Shown here piece after piece: positions 10,769-21,736 of a stretch of DNA of 64,000 nucleotides. A program made the translations under genes and the position numbers. The stretch is from Candidatus Poribacteria bacterium. GTDB taxonomy: Bacteria > Poribacteria > WGA-4E > WGA-3G. Every line of letters starts with the position of its first letter. Within the stretch, counting starts at the first letter, position 1. The DNA lies in assembly GCA_963663765.2 (NCBI GenBank), contig CAXXUA010000004.1:672001-736000 (forward strand). Reading direction: 5' to 3'. Below the pieces are notes generated by a model. It had not been told where the DNA came from, did no database searches, and saw only the letters and a list, made by a program, of their open reading frames with translations.

Positions 10769-11752
10769 ATGCCTTATAAACCTAGCGATTATTTTAAAAC
10801 TCCATATCTACGAAACTCAGATGAATTATGGAAATATATGCATATAGATAAATTCATGTCAATGCTAAGCAATGGATCACTCTATTTTCCTAACATCTAT
10901 CGCTTTGACGACAAATATGAAGGCACTTTAACAAAACGATCAAGAAAAGAAGTCAAGAAAAAAAGCCTATTAGATAATAATACACTAATAAAATTCACTG
11001 AAGTATTAAAAAAAAGAGAAGAAATTAAAAAAGAATATCCTAATGAGAAAGAGAGAGAAAACAGAATATCATCATATTCCTTTGAAGTATTACTAAAAGT
11101 TTTTTCAAACCATCTCATTTTTTGTAACTGTTGGTTTATAAAAACTGAAGAAAGCCATTCAATGTGGGCTGAATATGGTGATAAAATCCCGACATCCATA
11201 GCCATTCAAACGACGGTGGGTGACTTGAAAAAAAGTTTAAAAATTAGTGATTTTTGTATCCATATAGGTAAAGTTAGATATGTAAACTATGAAAAAGATC
11301 ATATTAAGGGATATGAAAAGTTTGCGTCAGAAGACTTAACTGATCCTGCCATAGTTCTCAAACTACTTTACGCTCCTGTTATGCATAAAAGAAAAATCTA
11401 TAATGACGAGCGTGAAGTCAGAGCAATCATCGCATTCGAAAATACCTATGAAAAATACTTAAATGCAGATAACATAAAGAAAGATAGCATAACAGAAATA
11501 CCTTTCTTTAGTAAACAACTTTTAGATTTAGATACATATCACGACTCCCCAGATGATCATGAATCCGACTTAACACAACGTGTTCGTGTTGGAGAACATG
11601 TCTTTATCAACATAAAGACATTAATACAAAAGGTTGTCATACCTCCAAATGCTAATACTTATTTTGAGAAGCCATTAAAAGAACTATTAGATAAGCACGG
11701 TATAGACCCCGATATAGTAGAAAGATCTAAAATACCTGATAAAAACCGATGA
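10769..11752 (+). CDS. DUF2971-like protein
   Basis: LWKYM...LYF...DKYEG, CNCW...ESHSMWAEY, GKVRY, HKRKIYNDEREVR. Confidence 0.7.
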   Translation: MPYKPSDYFKTPYLRNSDELWKYMHIDKFMSMLSNGSLYFPNIYRFDDKYEGTLTKRSRKEVKKKSLLDNNTLIKFTEVLKKREEIKKEYPNEKERENRISSYSFEVLLKVFSNHLIFCNCWFIKTEESHSMWAEYGDKIPTSIAIQTTVGDLKKSLKISDFCIHIGKVRYVNYEKDHIKGYEKFASEDLTDPAIVLKLLYAPVMHKRKIYNDEREVRAIIAFENTYEKYLNADNIKKDSITEIPFFSKQLLDLDTYHDSPDDHESDLTQRVRVGEHVFINIKTLIQKVVIPPNANTYFEKPLKELLDKHGIDPDIVERSKIPDKNR

Positions 11753-11760
11753 GAAGTGGT

Positions 11761-12363
11761 CTACAACAGTTGATTCAGAACCACATCTGGAATCTGTTTC
11801 TCTTCAAATCGCAAAGCATAATAATCGTTTGGATTATTAGGTTCTAACGCTAACTTGTTATATGTTTCAAGAGCAATACCTCTAAATTCTCCCCAAAAAG
11901 TCTTTACTGATAAAACTGCTTTATTTTCAAATACAAGAAGACCAGAAGAAGCTATAATATAAGCATATCCTTTATATGCAAAGTTTAATTCAGCAAGGAC
12001 AATTCGTTCATAATCTGGGCATAACAGAAGAATCAAATCATAACTTGACACATCAACAGTAAATTCAGTAATATAGCGTTCGTTTCCGCTCCAATCCGTT
12101 TTTTCAGCACCATTAGGATCTCTTTCTTTTGGGTATCTATCAATAGCTACAACCTTTCCGCCATTTTCTATGCCTAATGATTTATTAATTTCATCTACTT
12201 TAGTATTAAATGCCTCACTACCATTGTAATATTTTCTACTGATTGAAAAAGGTTCTCGGTCTTTGAATACCAGAACATCATAATAATTATCTTCCCCCAA
12301 ACCAACTAAATCTGAACCTCTATAAAAAATAGGTTCTAACTTAACCAACAAGACATTTAACAT
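11761..12363 (-). CDS. Hypothetical protein
   Basis: ORF 11761..12429; probable start at ATG 12363 after AGGAG. Confidence 0.65.
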   Translation of the reverse strand: MLNVLLVKLEPIFYRGSDLVGLGEDNYYDVLVFKDREPFSISRKYYNGSEAFNTKVDEINKSLGIENGGKVVAIDRYPKERDPNGAEKTDWSGNERYITEFTVDVSSYDLILLLCPDYERIVLAELNFAYKGYAYIIASSGLLVFENKAVLSVKTFWGEFRGIALETYNKLALEPNNPNDYYALRFEEKQIPDVVLNQLL

Positions 12364-12644
12364 AAGTCTCTCCTGAATATTATTCTTTACCCTTACAATA
12401 AGTAAAACACATCTGATTATCTTTGTCAATCTTGTATTGGCAATATTAGATTTTGGAATCTAAGGTAATTTTTGGAATCGTTTCCGCCTGAAAAGGTAAA
12501 CTTATTCTGTCATAATTAACTGAAACCAATCTATTAAACCTAATCTTTCTAACAACATATTTTGCGGTATTGGATTGACGCTTTCTATATTTATGACATT
12601 GAACTGTGCATTAAATGCTGATTCTAAGCCCAATTCATTTTGTA

Positions 12645-12825
12645 TTGCACATATTTTGTTTATTTGCTACAATATATGTTGACGTTGGCAATTCACGGAG
12701 CGCGTGAGTTACGTCAGGGCTGCTTCCTAATCATTTTAGGTGCGCCGCAGGTGCAAGCACACCCGCGACGCTTAGCACTGCCATAATACGAGTATGACAG
12801 CGCTGGTTTCTATTATATCAGAAAG
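12645..12825. ncRNA. Candidate structured RNA between convergent promoter-like motifs
   Basis: GC-rich patch with four adjacent hairpins. TTGCAC-17-TACAAT on + and TGATATAAT on -. Confidence 0.35.
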
Positions 12826-12865
12826 TTCTTCTTGCTGGTAGTTTAAAGTGGAAACCAGCTCCCTA

Positions 12866-14088
12866 ATGAACTTTGACGTTCAAGTTGGGTAATATTTAAA
12901 CAGGTCTACAAGCGTTTGCTATTAGACCATTGCCTTTCAGTCCTATATAACGGAGTAAGTCCTCCGAACCGTCTGCAAATTGATCGAGAAATCCGTTCAC
13001 CCGGGCCCTGAACTCCTCCCACTGGCTCGCAAAGCGATGCATCTTAAACACGTCTACACGCAGCCATCTCCACAACTTCTCAATCGGGTTCAACCACGGT
13101 GCATAGGTCGGTAGCCAAACAGGCTTGATCTGTGGTAACTCTGATAACGCATCAAGCACATCTGGATGTTTATGAATAGACCAGTTATCTTGAACAACAT
13201 AAAGTATTTCTGCTTGTGGATATACTTGTGTCAACTTCTGATACATTTCAATCACTTTCGCACGTCCTACAATGTAGTTATCAAGATAACAGACCTGCCC
13301 TGTCAACGCATTCAGTGCACCAATAATTCGCCATTGCTGGTTATTTCCATCACAACTTGCCACAGGAATACTTTCCGGCGGTGCTTGTGTCCAAACACGC
13401 CCCGCTTCAGGCCAACGAGTATATCCCATCTCATCCAGAAATACCAACTCTTGTTGACCACGATTGCCAATGGTCTGCTGTAAGCAGGAACACAAATGCA
13501 ACACTTTCTCCTTATACTCAGGATCCGGACTATACTGCTGCACGCGACCTGAGCGAAGACGCAAACCACAACGAGACAGCACTCTATGAACACCGCTCAG
13601 GCTGTATCCTTCTAACCAATCAAGACTCGCACGTAGTGTCCGAAGCGTCCAACGATTTGGGGGAGGCACATCAGTAGAAACAACTTTCGCATTATCCATA
13701 ACTTCAGCAGGGACTTGGCGCACACGTTCTAATAGTTCTTCTTCTTTTTTTTTTGAAAATCGTTGTCTTGCTCCACCATGTTGTCGCTGTATGAGTTCAT
13801 CAAAACCTTCTTCTTCATAAATATTCAACCATCTGTAGACAGTATCAGGCTTGCGGCGTTTGAGTAACCCACTTTTTGAAACCCGGTGTGCAGGAATACC
13901 ATCGTTTACTTTCAACAACGCTGCAGCTTTTTCTCTGACATCAGGCCGGGGGTGATGATCTCTGTATTTAATCAATTTCTGTCTTTCTTCTTCTGAAAGA
14001 ATAAGTTCTCTGCGTTTTGCCATGATATACTCCTTATATTTAGAATTATATCATTATAACATTACCCCGTTTGAATGTCAAAGTTCAT
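12866..14088 (-). mobile_element. IS630 family element
   Basis: IRs ATGAACTTTGACGTTCAA / TTGAATGTCAAAGTTCAT flanked by TA. Empty site reconstructs as CCCTAGGG. Confidence 0.9.
12896..14023 (-). CDS. IS630 transposase (single ORF)
   Basis: FLDEMG, VQDNWSIH, LPTYAPWLNPIEKLW. Confidence 0.92.
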   Translation of the reverse strand: MAKRRELILSEEERQKLIKYRDHHPRPDVREKAAALLKVNDGIPAHRVSKSGLLKRRKPDTVYRWLNIYEEEGFDELIQRQHGGARQRFSKKKEEELLERVRQVPAEVMDNAKVVSTDVPPPNRWTLRTLRASLDWLEGYSLSGVHRVLSRCGLRLRSGRVQQYSPDPEYKEKVLHLCSCLQQTIGNRGQQELVFLDEMGYTRWPEAGRVWTQAPPESIPVASCDGNNQQWRIIGALNALTGQVCYLDNYIVGRAKVIEMYQKLTQVYPQAEILYVVQDNWSIHKHPDVLDALSELPQIKPVWLPTYAPWLNPIEKLWRWLRVDVFKMHRFASQWEEFRARVNGFLDQFADGSEDLLRYIGLKGNGLIANACRPV

Positions 14089-14391
14089 TAGGGTGAGTTG
14101 CCTGAAACTTCTTCTATTTGGTTAACAAACCTGTTAACCTTCCCTGTAGACTGTCAAAATGTGTATACACAACCCCGGTGTTACTTAGTGCAGTCTAAAA
14201 ATGGGATGCCCCTAAGTATTATATATCAGCACGTATAGCAACTTTATACGTTCACATAGATCAACATTAGGTGACATGCTAGTTAGCGATGCTGTCACGC
14301 ACGGATTATCGCGCACATTGCATGGAGATACTATTGATAGGTATGGTACAGCTGCTACCACAAAGTATCCATTCAATAGAGGTATATATCA

Positions 14392-14556
14392 GTGAAAAAG
14401 TGGTTATCACAATACTTCAGAATTCTAATAGGATTTGTTTTTGGCTTTTTGATTGCTATACTACTTGTTCATGGTACAGAGTTATTTGGTTATGCACAAG
14501 CAGATACTGCTACATTTGCGATTATTGGTATAGGAACACTTATTGGAATCGTTTAG
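14392..14556 (+). CDS. Small two-TM membrane protein (54 aa, below ORF-track cutoff)
   Basis: GTG start after GAGGT. MKKWLSQYFRILIGFVFGFLIAILLV...FAIIGIGTLIGIV*. Confidence 0.5.
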   Translation: MKKWLSQYFRILIGFVFGFLIAILLVHGTELFGYAQADTATFAIIGIGTLIGIV

Positions 14557-14579
14557 CATATCCAACACAAGAGCAACAA

Positions 14580-15153
14580 ATGAATTTTAATGTTTCAGAC
14601 TTAAAATGGTACGATATTGGTGAAAAAACTGAATTTTATCTAAGGGAATATCCAAAAATATTGGAAGCTTCCTTAAGAACTTTACAAGAGATACATCCAA
14701 ATGTTTCGAAAACAGAATTATATAAAATAGTCATCAAATCCCATGCAGATCTTATAGGTATTCCCCCTGAAGAGAAAGTTGATTATGCAGAAGATGTTTT
14801 ACGACAAGTAGAAACGATATGTATTGCACGATCTACACCATTCTGTTTTCGCATTATTGTTTTTCATCTAATAACTCAATTTGATAAAGTTCGGACTGGA
14901 GAGTCCCCAGATGTCCGAAAAACGCGAGGAAATCAGAAGCACGGATTTGATGCAGAAGCTGGAAGAAAAAGTGACAAGCCTACGACGAGATATGACACCA
15001 GAACAGACTATGAGCTGCCTAATACAGAACAACGACTTCTTTACCATATTAGAAGCCGACGATCTAATAGAAGGAGCAACCGCAGCACTGTGGATACTAA
15101 TCGATATGATACTGATAAACCTGGGCTACCCAATTCCAGATGACAAAACATAA
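14580..15153 (+). pseudogene. Probably frameshifted hypothetical protein; C-terminus resembles the repeated domain of 21737..23254
   Basis: MNFNVS...HLITQ shifts at ~14880 into IKFGLE...DMTPEQTMSCL. Confidence 0.45.
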
Positions 15154-15230
15154 TGAGGTTTAATAGAGCATGGATATAGCAATACTTATTGTGATTAGTT
15201 CTATAGCCCACAGAGGTGCATGCGTTATTA

Positions 15231-16375
15231 TACCATTTCCAATAGATTTATTCTCATTATTATTGTATAATATTTGACAAATTTTATTTAGAGAAAGGTA
15301 GTTTTCTATGAACAAAAAAGTTCCTGATATTACAGAAAGTGTTAAAGAACTAAAATCCCTCATGAGCACCGCTAAGGATACGACTGAAAAAGACAAAATT
15401 CGTATGCTCTATCTACTAAAAAGCGGTGAAGCGAAAAATCGTATAGGTGTAGCCGCTTTGCTCGGTATGTGCCGAGAAACGATTGGCCAATGGTTATCCA
15501 AGTATGAAGCAAGGGGACTTGAGCAGTTGTTAGAACGCCGTTATGCTCCGGGACGCAAACCCTTTATGACACCCGATCAACTTGAGACACTCCGAGAAAA
15601 ATTGAACGAACCAGAAGGTTTTAGCAGTTATGTTGAGATCCACCGATATGTCATTGAGACGTTTGGAGTTGAGATAAGTTATCAGGCGATTTATGCACTG
15701 GTGCATGATAGATGGCATGCGAAACTCAAAGTGCCACGCAAAAGTCATATAAAAAAAACGCCGATGCAGCAGATGAGTTCGTAAAGAACTTTTCATCAGA
15801 AGTATTCTCTGCTATTTCAGAAAAGCGTTCCACTGGTCAGCGTGTTCGCCTTTTCTGTGAAGATGAAACCAGATATGGCACTTTATCGGACACTCATAGA
15901 CGGATTACCGCACGGGGTGTCAAACCTGTTGCCAAAATAGATTATACTTATGAGGCAGTTTATCTATATGGAGCTGTTGAACCCCTTACGGGCAAAGGGT
16001 GTTTTCTTGAACTCCCTTATCTGAATGCAGCCTGTTTCCAGATCTTTATAGACCATCTCAGTGAGACTTTTCCCGATACCCTAAATGTGGTGATCCTTGA
16101 TAATGGTCGGTTCCATCACGCAAAAGCGTTGAAAGTGCCTGAAAACGTTGTCCTACACTTTCTACCTCCTTATTGTCCGGAATTGAACCCGATTGAGCGT
16201 CTGTGGCAAGATATCAAAGCAAAGTTATTTAGCAAAACATATCAAACCTTGAAACACATGCAAGAAAGCATCACACACATACTATCTGATTATTCTAACG
16301 ATGTCATCGCAAAAATCACAGGGTTCTCGTATTTTATAAAAACTGCTAATGAGATATAATCAATTAGAATTGGTA
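15231..16375 (+). mobile_element. IS630 family element (two-ORF type)
   Basis: IRs TACCATTTCCAAT / ATTAGAATTGGTA. A-run frameshift site at ~15751. Confidence 0.88.
15308..16359 (+). CDS. IS630 transposase (orfA 15308..15784 + orfB 15712..16359)
   Basis: HTH N-terminus; FCEDETR, ILDNGRFH, LPPYCPELNPIERLW. Confidence 0.9.
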
Positions 16376-16805
16376 TTACCAACAATAACATTAACCGCAC
16401 CGGTGTATTATGCAATCCTATTTGGACGACTACATCTTTTGGAAATAACTTTGTTTCTGTATACATGTTCACTTCTATTCATATCTCTTGCCTTAACGGG
16501 TTATTGCTCTACGGTTGGATAGGTCTACTAATTGCAGGAATTGCGACATGGATTGGCATGCCACTTCTAAACTTATTTTTCAGATATAATCCTGGCTCAC
16601 AATTACAGATATGCGGCATAGTCACTCTAATCTGGACAACGGCTTGTAACCACTCCTTGACTATGTAAGCCGTCTATAATCTGATTTTATTCAAGGGGAG
16701 TTCTAACAGAAGCGATTCCCATTTCTATGCTACAACCAGCCCACTAATGAAGTTGTAAATCCAGAGTTCGCGTCATAATGCAACATAGACACGAAAGGAA
16801 TAAAT

Positions 16806-19800
16806 ATGTCAGAAGCCACACAAGAATATCTCTTTAGTCCAACCGAAGACACCAATCCTGGATTCAAAGCCACACTGGAATACATCCGCGAAGTTGCCAA
16901 AACCCAACATAGAAAGGGAGAACTATTTGAGCGATTGATGCTGAAATATTTCAGTGAAGACCCTGACTATAAAGAGCAGTTTTCTGATGTATGGCTATGG
17001 AAACAGTGGGCACAACTCCGAACAGAATTTGACGGTCGTGATATAGGCATAGACCTTGTTGCCAAAAAACATGATGGTGGAATTTGTGCCATTCAATGTA
17101 AATGTTATGCTCCTGAAACTCGGATTTCAAGGAATGATATTCAATCATTCCTCGCCACTGCCTCCCTTCCTCCTTTCGCTGACAACACAAGAATTCTTGT
17201 CAATACAGGCGGCGAATTAGGAGAGAACGTGCTCAGAAATATAGAGCCATTAGGAAACAAGTTTCGTATAATTCGCTTCAATGAACTTGAAAGCAGTCCA
17301 TTTGACTGGCCCGATCTCAGCATACAAGAACCCGAAGCACTTACATATAAGCAAAGAAAGTTTGCTCTGGAAGACCATCAAAGAGAAGCGTTTGATGATG
17401 TTATCAACGGCTTTAACAAACATGACCGCGGCAAACTTATTATGGCGTGTGGTACAGGTAAAACTTTCACAGCACTCCGTATTGCTGAAGAAATCGCAGG
17501 AATTGAGGGAAGAGTGTTATATCTCGTGCCATCTATCGGTTTACTTTCACAAGCAATGCGTGAATGGTCAGATCAACGCGGAATAGATCATAGTTACATC
17601 GGTATCTGCTCCGACAGAAGCGCAGGAGATAAAACCGAAGATGCATCTATTCAGGAACTCAAAATTCCTGTCACAACAGATCCATTAGCAATCACACAAG
17701 CATTACAGAAAACTGACACAAATAAAATGACAGTAGTTTTCTGCACCTATCAATCGCTTCCGAAAATTGAGGAAGCACAGAATTCAGGGTGCCCCTCAAT
17801 TTGATATAATCCTCTGCGATGAAGCACACAGAACCACCGGCATAGACAAACCCGGAGATAAAACATCGCCATTTATCCTTGTCCACGATGCAGAACGAAT
17901 ACGTGCTAACAAACGCCTCTATATGACAGCTACTCCCAAACTTTATACCGAAAGTGCAAGGACAAAAGCAGCTGAATATAATGTTGACGTGTTCTCTATG
18001 GACGATGAAGAGAAATACGGACCCCAATTTCATAGGCTTCCCTTCTCAAAAGCCGTTGAAATCGGTCAACTTTCCGACTATAAAGTAGCAATATTTAGCA
18101 TATCTGAATTTGAAGTCAATTCGGCACTGTCAGGTGATACCGGTAAGTATGGTAGCGAAATAAATATAAACGATGCAACGCGTATCATCGGTTGTTGGCG
18201 TGCATTACAAAATCCTGAAGATAAGGAAAAAGATGACGAAACACGCAAACCCTTAAGACGCGTAATCGCATTCACAAACAGAATTGACGAGTCAAAGGCT
18301 TTGGCACACTATTGGAATGATATTATTGAAGATGCAATTATAAAACTACCGGAAGATGAAATACCTAACGATTTTGCATGCGAAACGAAACACGTTGACG
18401 GAACAGTCCACGCACTGAATCGAAAGGCACGTATTGATTGGCTCAAAGGTGATACTGATGGTGTTTGTCGTATTCTCTCCAACGCAAGATGTCTCTCCGA
18501 AGGTATTGATGTTCCCGCACTTGACGCTGTTATCTTCTATAAACCCCGAAAATCCCATATTGATGTCGTCCAAGCAGTCGGTCGTGTCATGCGTAAAGCA
18601 CCCGGCAAACAGTTCGGTTATGTCATATTGCCCGTCGCAATTCCTGAGAATAGAGACCCTGCCGCAGCATTAGATGACAATGAAAGGTTCTCAAATGTCT
18701 GGAGCGTCCTAAACGCACTTCGTTCACACGATGATAGACTTGACGCTAAAATTAACAGTATTGACCTTAATCAAGAACTCCCTGATCAGATTGTCATTGG
18801 TGGCAAGGGTAGCGGAAATGGTGACCATACTCAGATTACCGAACAACTCCCCCTTTTACCGATTGAAATTCCCATAGAGGCAATTATCTCAAAAATTGTT
18901 CAGAAATGCGGTGATAAACCATATTGGGAGAACTGGGCAAAAGATGTTGCTAAGATCTTTGATATACTTGTTGACCGCATCAATAATCTATTGGAAAATA
19001 CCGAAAACACCGCGTTAATCAAGAAGTTTGAAAACTTTTACACCGAGTTGCAAGAAACAATTAACGACTCTATAACACGGACTAACGCTATTGATATGAT
19101 GGCACAACACATCTTGACACGCCCTGTATTTGACGCACTCTTTGAGAATTATGACTTCTCATCTGGTAATCCAGTCGCAATTGCCCTGAATAGTCTACAA
19201 ATGGATTTTGCTGAATTCGGGCTTGAAAGTGAAACTCGCGATTTGAAAGGTTTCTATGAAAGCGTTCAGAAACGTGCTAGTGGGATCAAGAAAACCGAAG
19301 GAAAGCAAAGTGTGCTATCGGATTTATACGAGCAGTTTTTCAAAAAAGCACTAAAAAAAGAAGCAGACCGACTCGGCATTGCGTACACACCAATTGAACT
19401 TGTTGACTTCATTCTACATAGTGTCAACGATGTATTGCAGGAGGAATTTGGGAAAAGCCTCAGCGATGAAGGTGTTCATATCCTTGATCCATTCACCGGA
19501 ACCGGAACGTTTCTTGTGCAACTTCTCCAGTCCGGACTCATCAAACCTGAAGACCTTGAACGGAAATACCACGAAGAACTCCACGCGAACGAAATCCTCT
19601 TACTTGCCTACTACATCGCATCTGTCAATATTGAGGAAACATACCGCGTTCAGCGCGGGGAAGATACCAATTACGAACCATTTGACGGCATTATCCTGAC
19701 AGATACCTTCAATCTGAATAGATACAAAGAAGAAAAACTACAACAAGATACCCTCCTTCCTCAAGAACAACGAATGGTAGAAAACAATGAACGGGTAGAA

Positions 19801-21621
19801 CGTCAACAAAACCTTCCAATTGAGGTTATCATTGGCAATCCACCTTGGTCAGCATGGCAAAAGAGTTCTGCAGACGACAACCCTAACGTACCATATCCTG
19901 TACTTGAAAATCGTATCAGCAAAACCTACGCTGCACGCTCGACAGCAACGTTGAAAAATAGTCTATACGACACATACAAAATGGCAATCCGGTGGGCAAC
20001 TGACAAACTTCAAGAACGAGAACAGGGGATCGTTGCCTTTGTCACCCCTGCTTCTTGGATAGATGGAAATGTTGATGCGGGAATTCGTGCTTGTCTACCG
20101 GAGGAGTTTAGTGTAATTTATGTCCTGAACTTATTAGGGAATGCCAGAATATACGGAGAGCAAGGAAAATACCAAGGAGAAGGTGTGTTTGGGAATGCTA
20201 CACAATCACCTGTTGCTATCACACTTCTTGTTAAGAACCAAAATACTGGAGATGACGACTGTCGTATTCACTACCGAGATATAGGTGGCAACCTCAAGCG
20301 TACAAAGAAACTGGAGATGCTGAAAGAGGTAATTTCAATATCAGGAATCAATGATTGGAAAATAATCACACCAAATTCATATCATGATTGGATTGGACAA
20401 CGTAGTGATGCATTTACCCGATTTTATCCAATTGGATCGGAGGAAGCAAGGACGCGCAGGTCAGATCATACCATCTTTCGTTTATACAGTAACGGATATA
20501 AAACCGGAAGAGACGCACACATCTACAATTTCTTACGCGATTCCTGTGCCGAGAACGCGCAGCTAATGGTACAAGACTATCTAGATACGCTTTCAGAATT
20601 TGAAACGAATCCTGGACGTTCAGTAAATGAGATAACAAGCCAACACAACTTAAATATTAAGTGGGATGGAGATCTTAAGAATAAACTGCGGCGAAAGAAA
20701 AAACCAGAATTTAAAGAGGACTATATCCGAAAAGTTTCGTACCGACCATTTGTTGCCACGAATTGTTATGCTGACCATTTTTTCGCACAAAGAAGAGGCA
20801 AGATGCATCAAATCTTTCCCAACAGTTTAAGTGAAAACCGCGTAATATGTGTCCCAAACAAAGGTTCTAAAAATCCGTTTTCCGCTCTGATGACTGATAC
20901 GATGCCAGATATGCACTTTATTGAGGCAGCACAATGTTTTCCGCGGTGGACACATTCGGTAACTGGACACACTTCTCAGCTATCAAGCGGAGGCGAAATG
21001 CGTTTTGACAACATTTCAGATACAGCACTTCGCGCCTTCCAACAACAATATCCCGACGACTCCATCACAAAAGACGACATATTTGACTATGTTTACGGTA
21101 TCTTGCACGCCTCCAGTTATCGAGAACAGTTCGCCAATGATTTATCGAAAATGTTACCACATATCCCGTATGCGCCAGACTTCCGCGCCTTCTCAGAAGC
21201 AGGAAAAGACCTTGCACACCTCCACCTCAATTATGAAACCTGCGATCAATATCCAGGACTGAAAGTTGAATCCATCAAAACTCAATTATTTTGGGAAGAA
21301 AAACCGGAACACTTCCTGTTACGGAAACAAGCGATGAAATATAAAGATAAGAATACAAAAGACATCCTTATTATCAACGATCATGTTATGTTAACAGGCA
21401 TCCCTGAAGAAGCACATCGCTATGTCGTCAACGGCAGAACCCCACTGGAGTGGTTTATCAACCGATACAAAATAACAACGGACAAGAACAGCGGCATCGT
21501 TAACGACGCAAACGCATGGTTTGAAAATCCGCGCGACCTCATCACTGCAATAGAACGCATCGTCCATGTCAGCGTCGAATCCGCCCGCATAATTGGCAAC
21601 CTACCTACCAAGATAACTTAA
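16806..21621 (+). pseudogene. Type ISP (LlaGI/LlaBIII-like) restriction-modification enzyme with a single frameshift at ~17785
   Basis: Mrr-type nuclease GIDLVA...IQCKCY; SF2 helicase MACGTGKT, DEAH, MTATP, QAVGRVMRK; MTase LDPFTGTGTF and GNPPW; C-terminal TRD with YRPF and GRTPLEW. Confidence 0.9.
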
Positions 21622-21736
21622 GGAAACAATTTAGTATTGATAATTAAAAACTGGTAAATAGAGAACCCCTTTGTTATTATGAAGTATACCAAAAACTGGG
21701 ATAATTAGTTGTATCTATTATGATTTGTGCTGATCA

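Larger units (their letters stand above)
15170..16668 (+). pseudogene. Membrane protein gene split by IS630
   Basis: MDIAILIVISS... lies left of the IS. Hydrophobic continuation LPTITLTAPVYY.../GWIGLLIAGIATW... lies right of it, with a further frameshift. Confidence 0.45.

Noticed and set aside
12710-12745. AGGAAGCAGC on the minus strand resembling SRP RNA helix 8
   Set aside because: The upstream CAGG and GNRA tetraloop are missing.
12800-12832. Similarity to the reverse complement of 25105-25132 as a possible att pair
   Set aside because: The match is gapped, inverted and centred on a TGATATAAT promoter consensus, so it is better explained as two -10 boxes.
14289-15143. 284-aa ORF from the track
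   Set aside because: It is a composite: the 5' part overlaps a small membrane gene in another frame and the 3' part is off-frame read-through.
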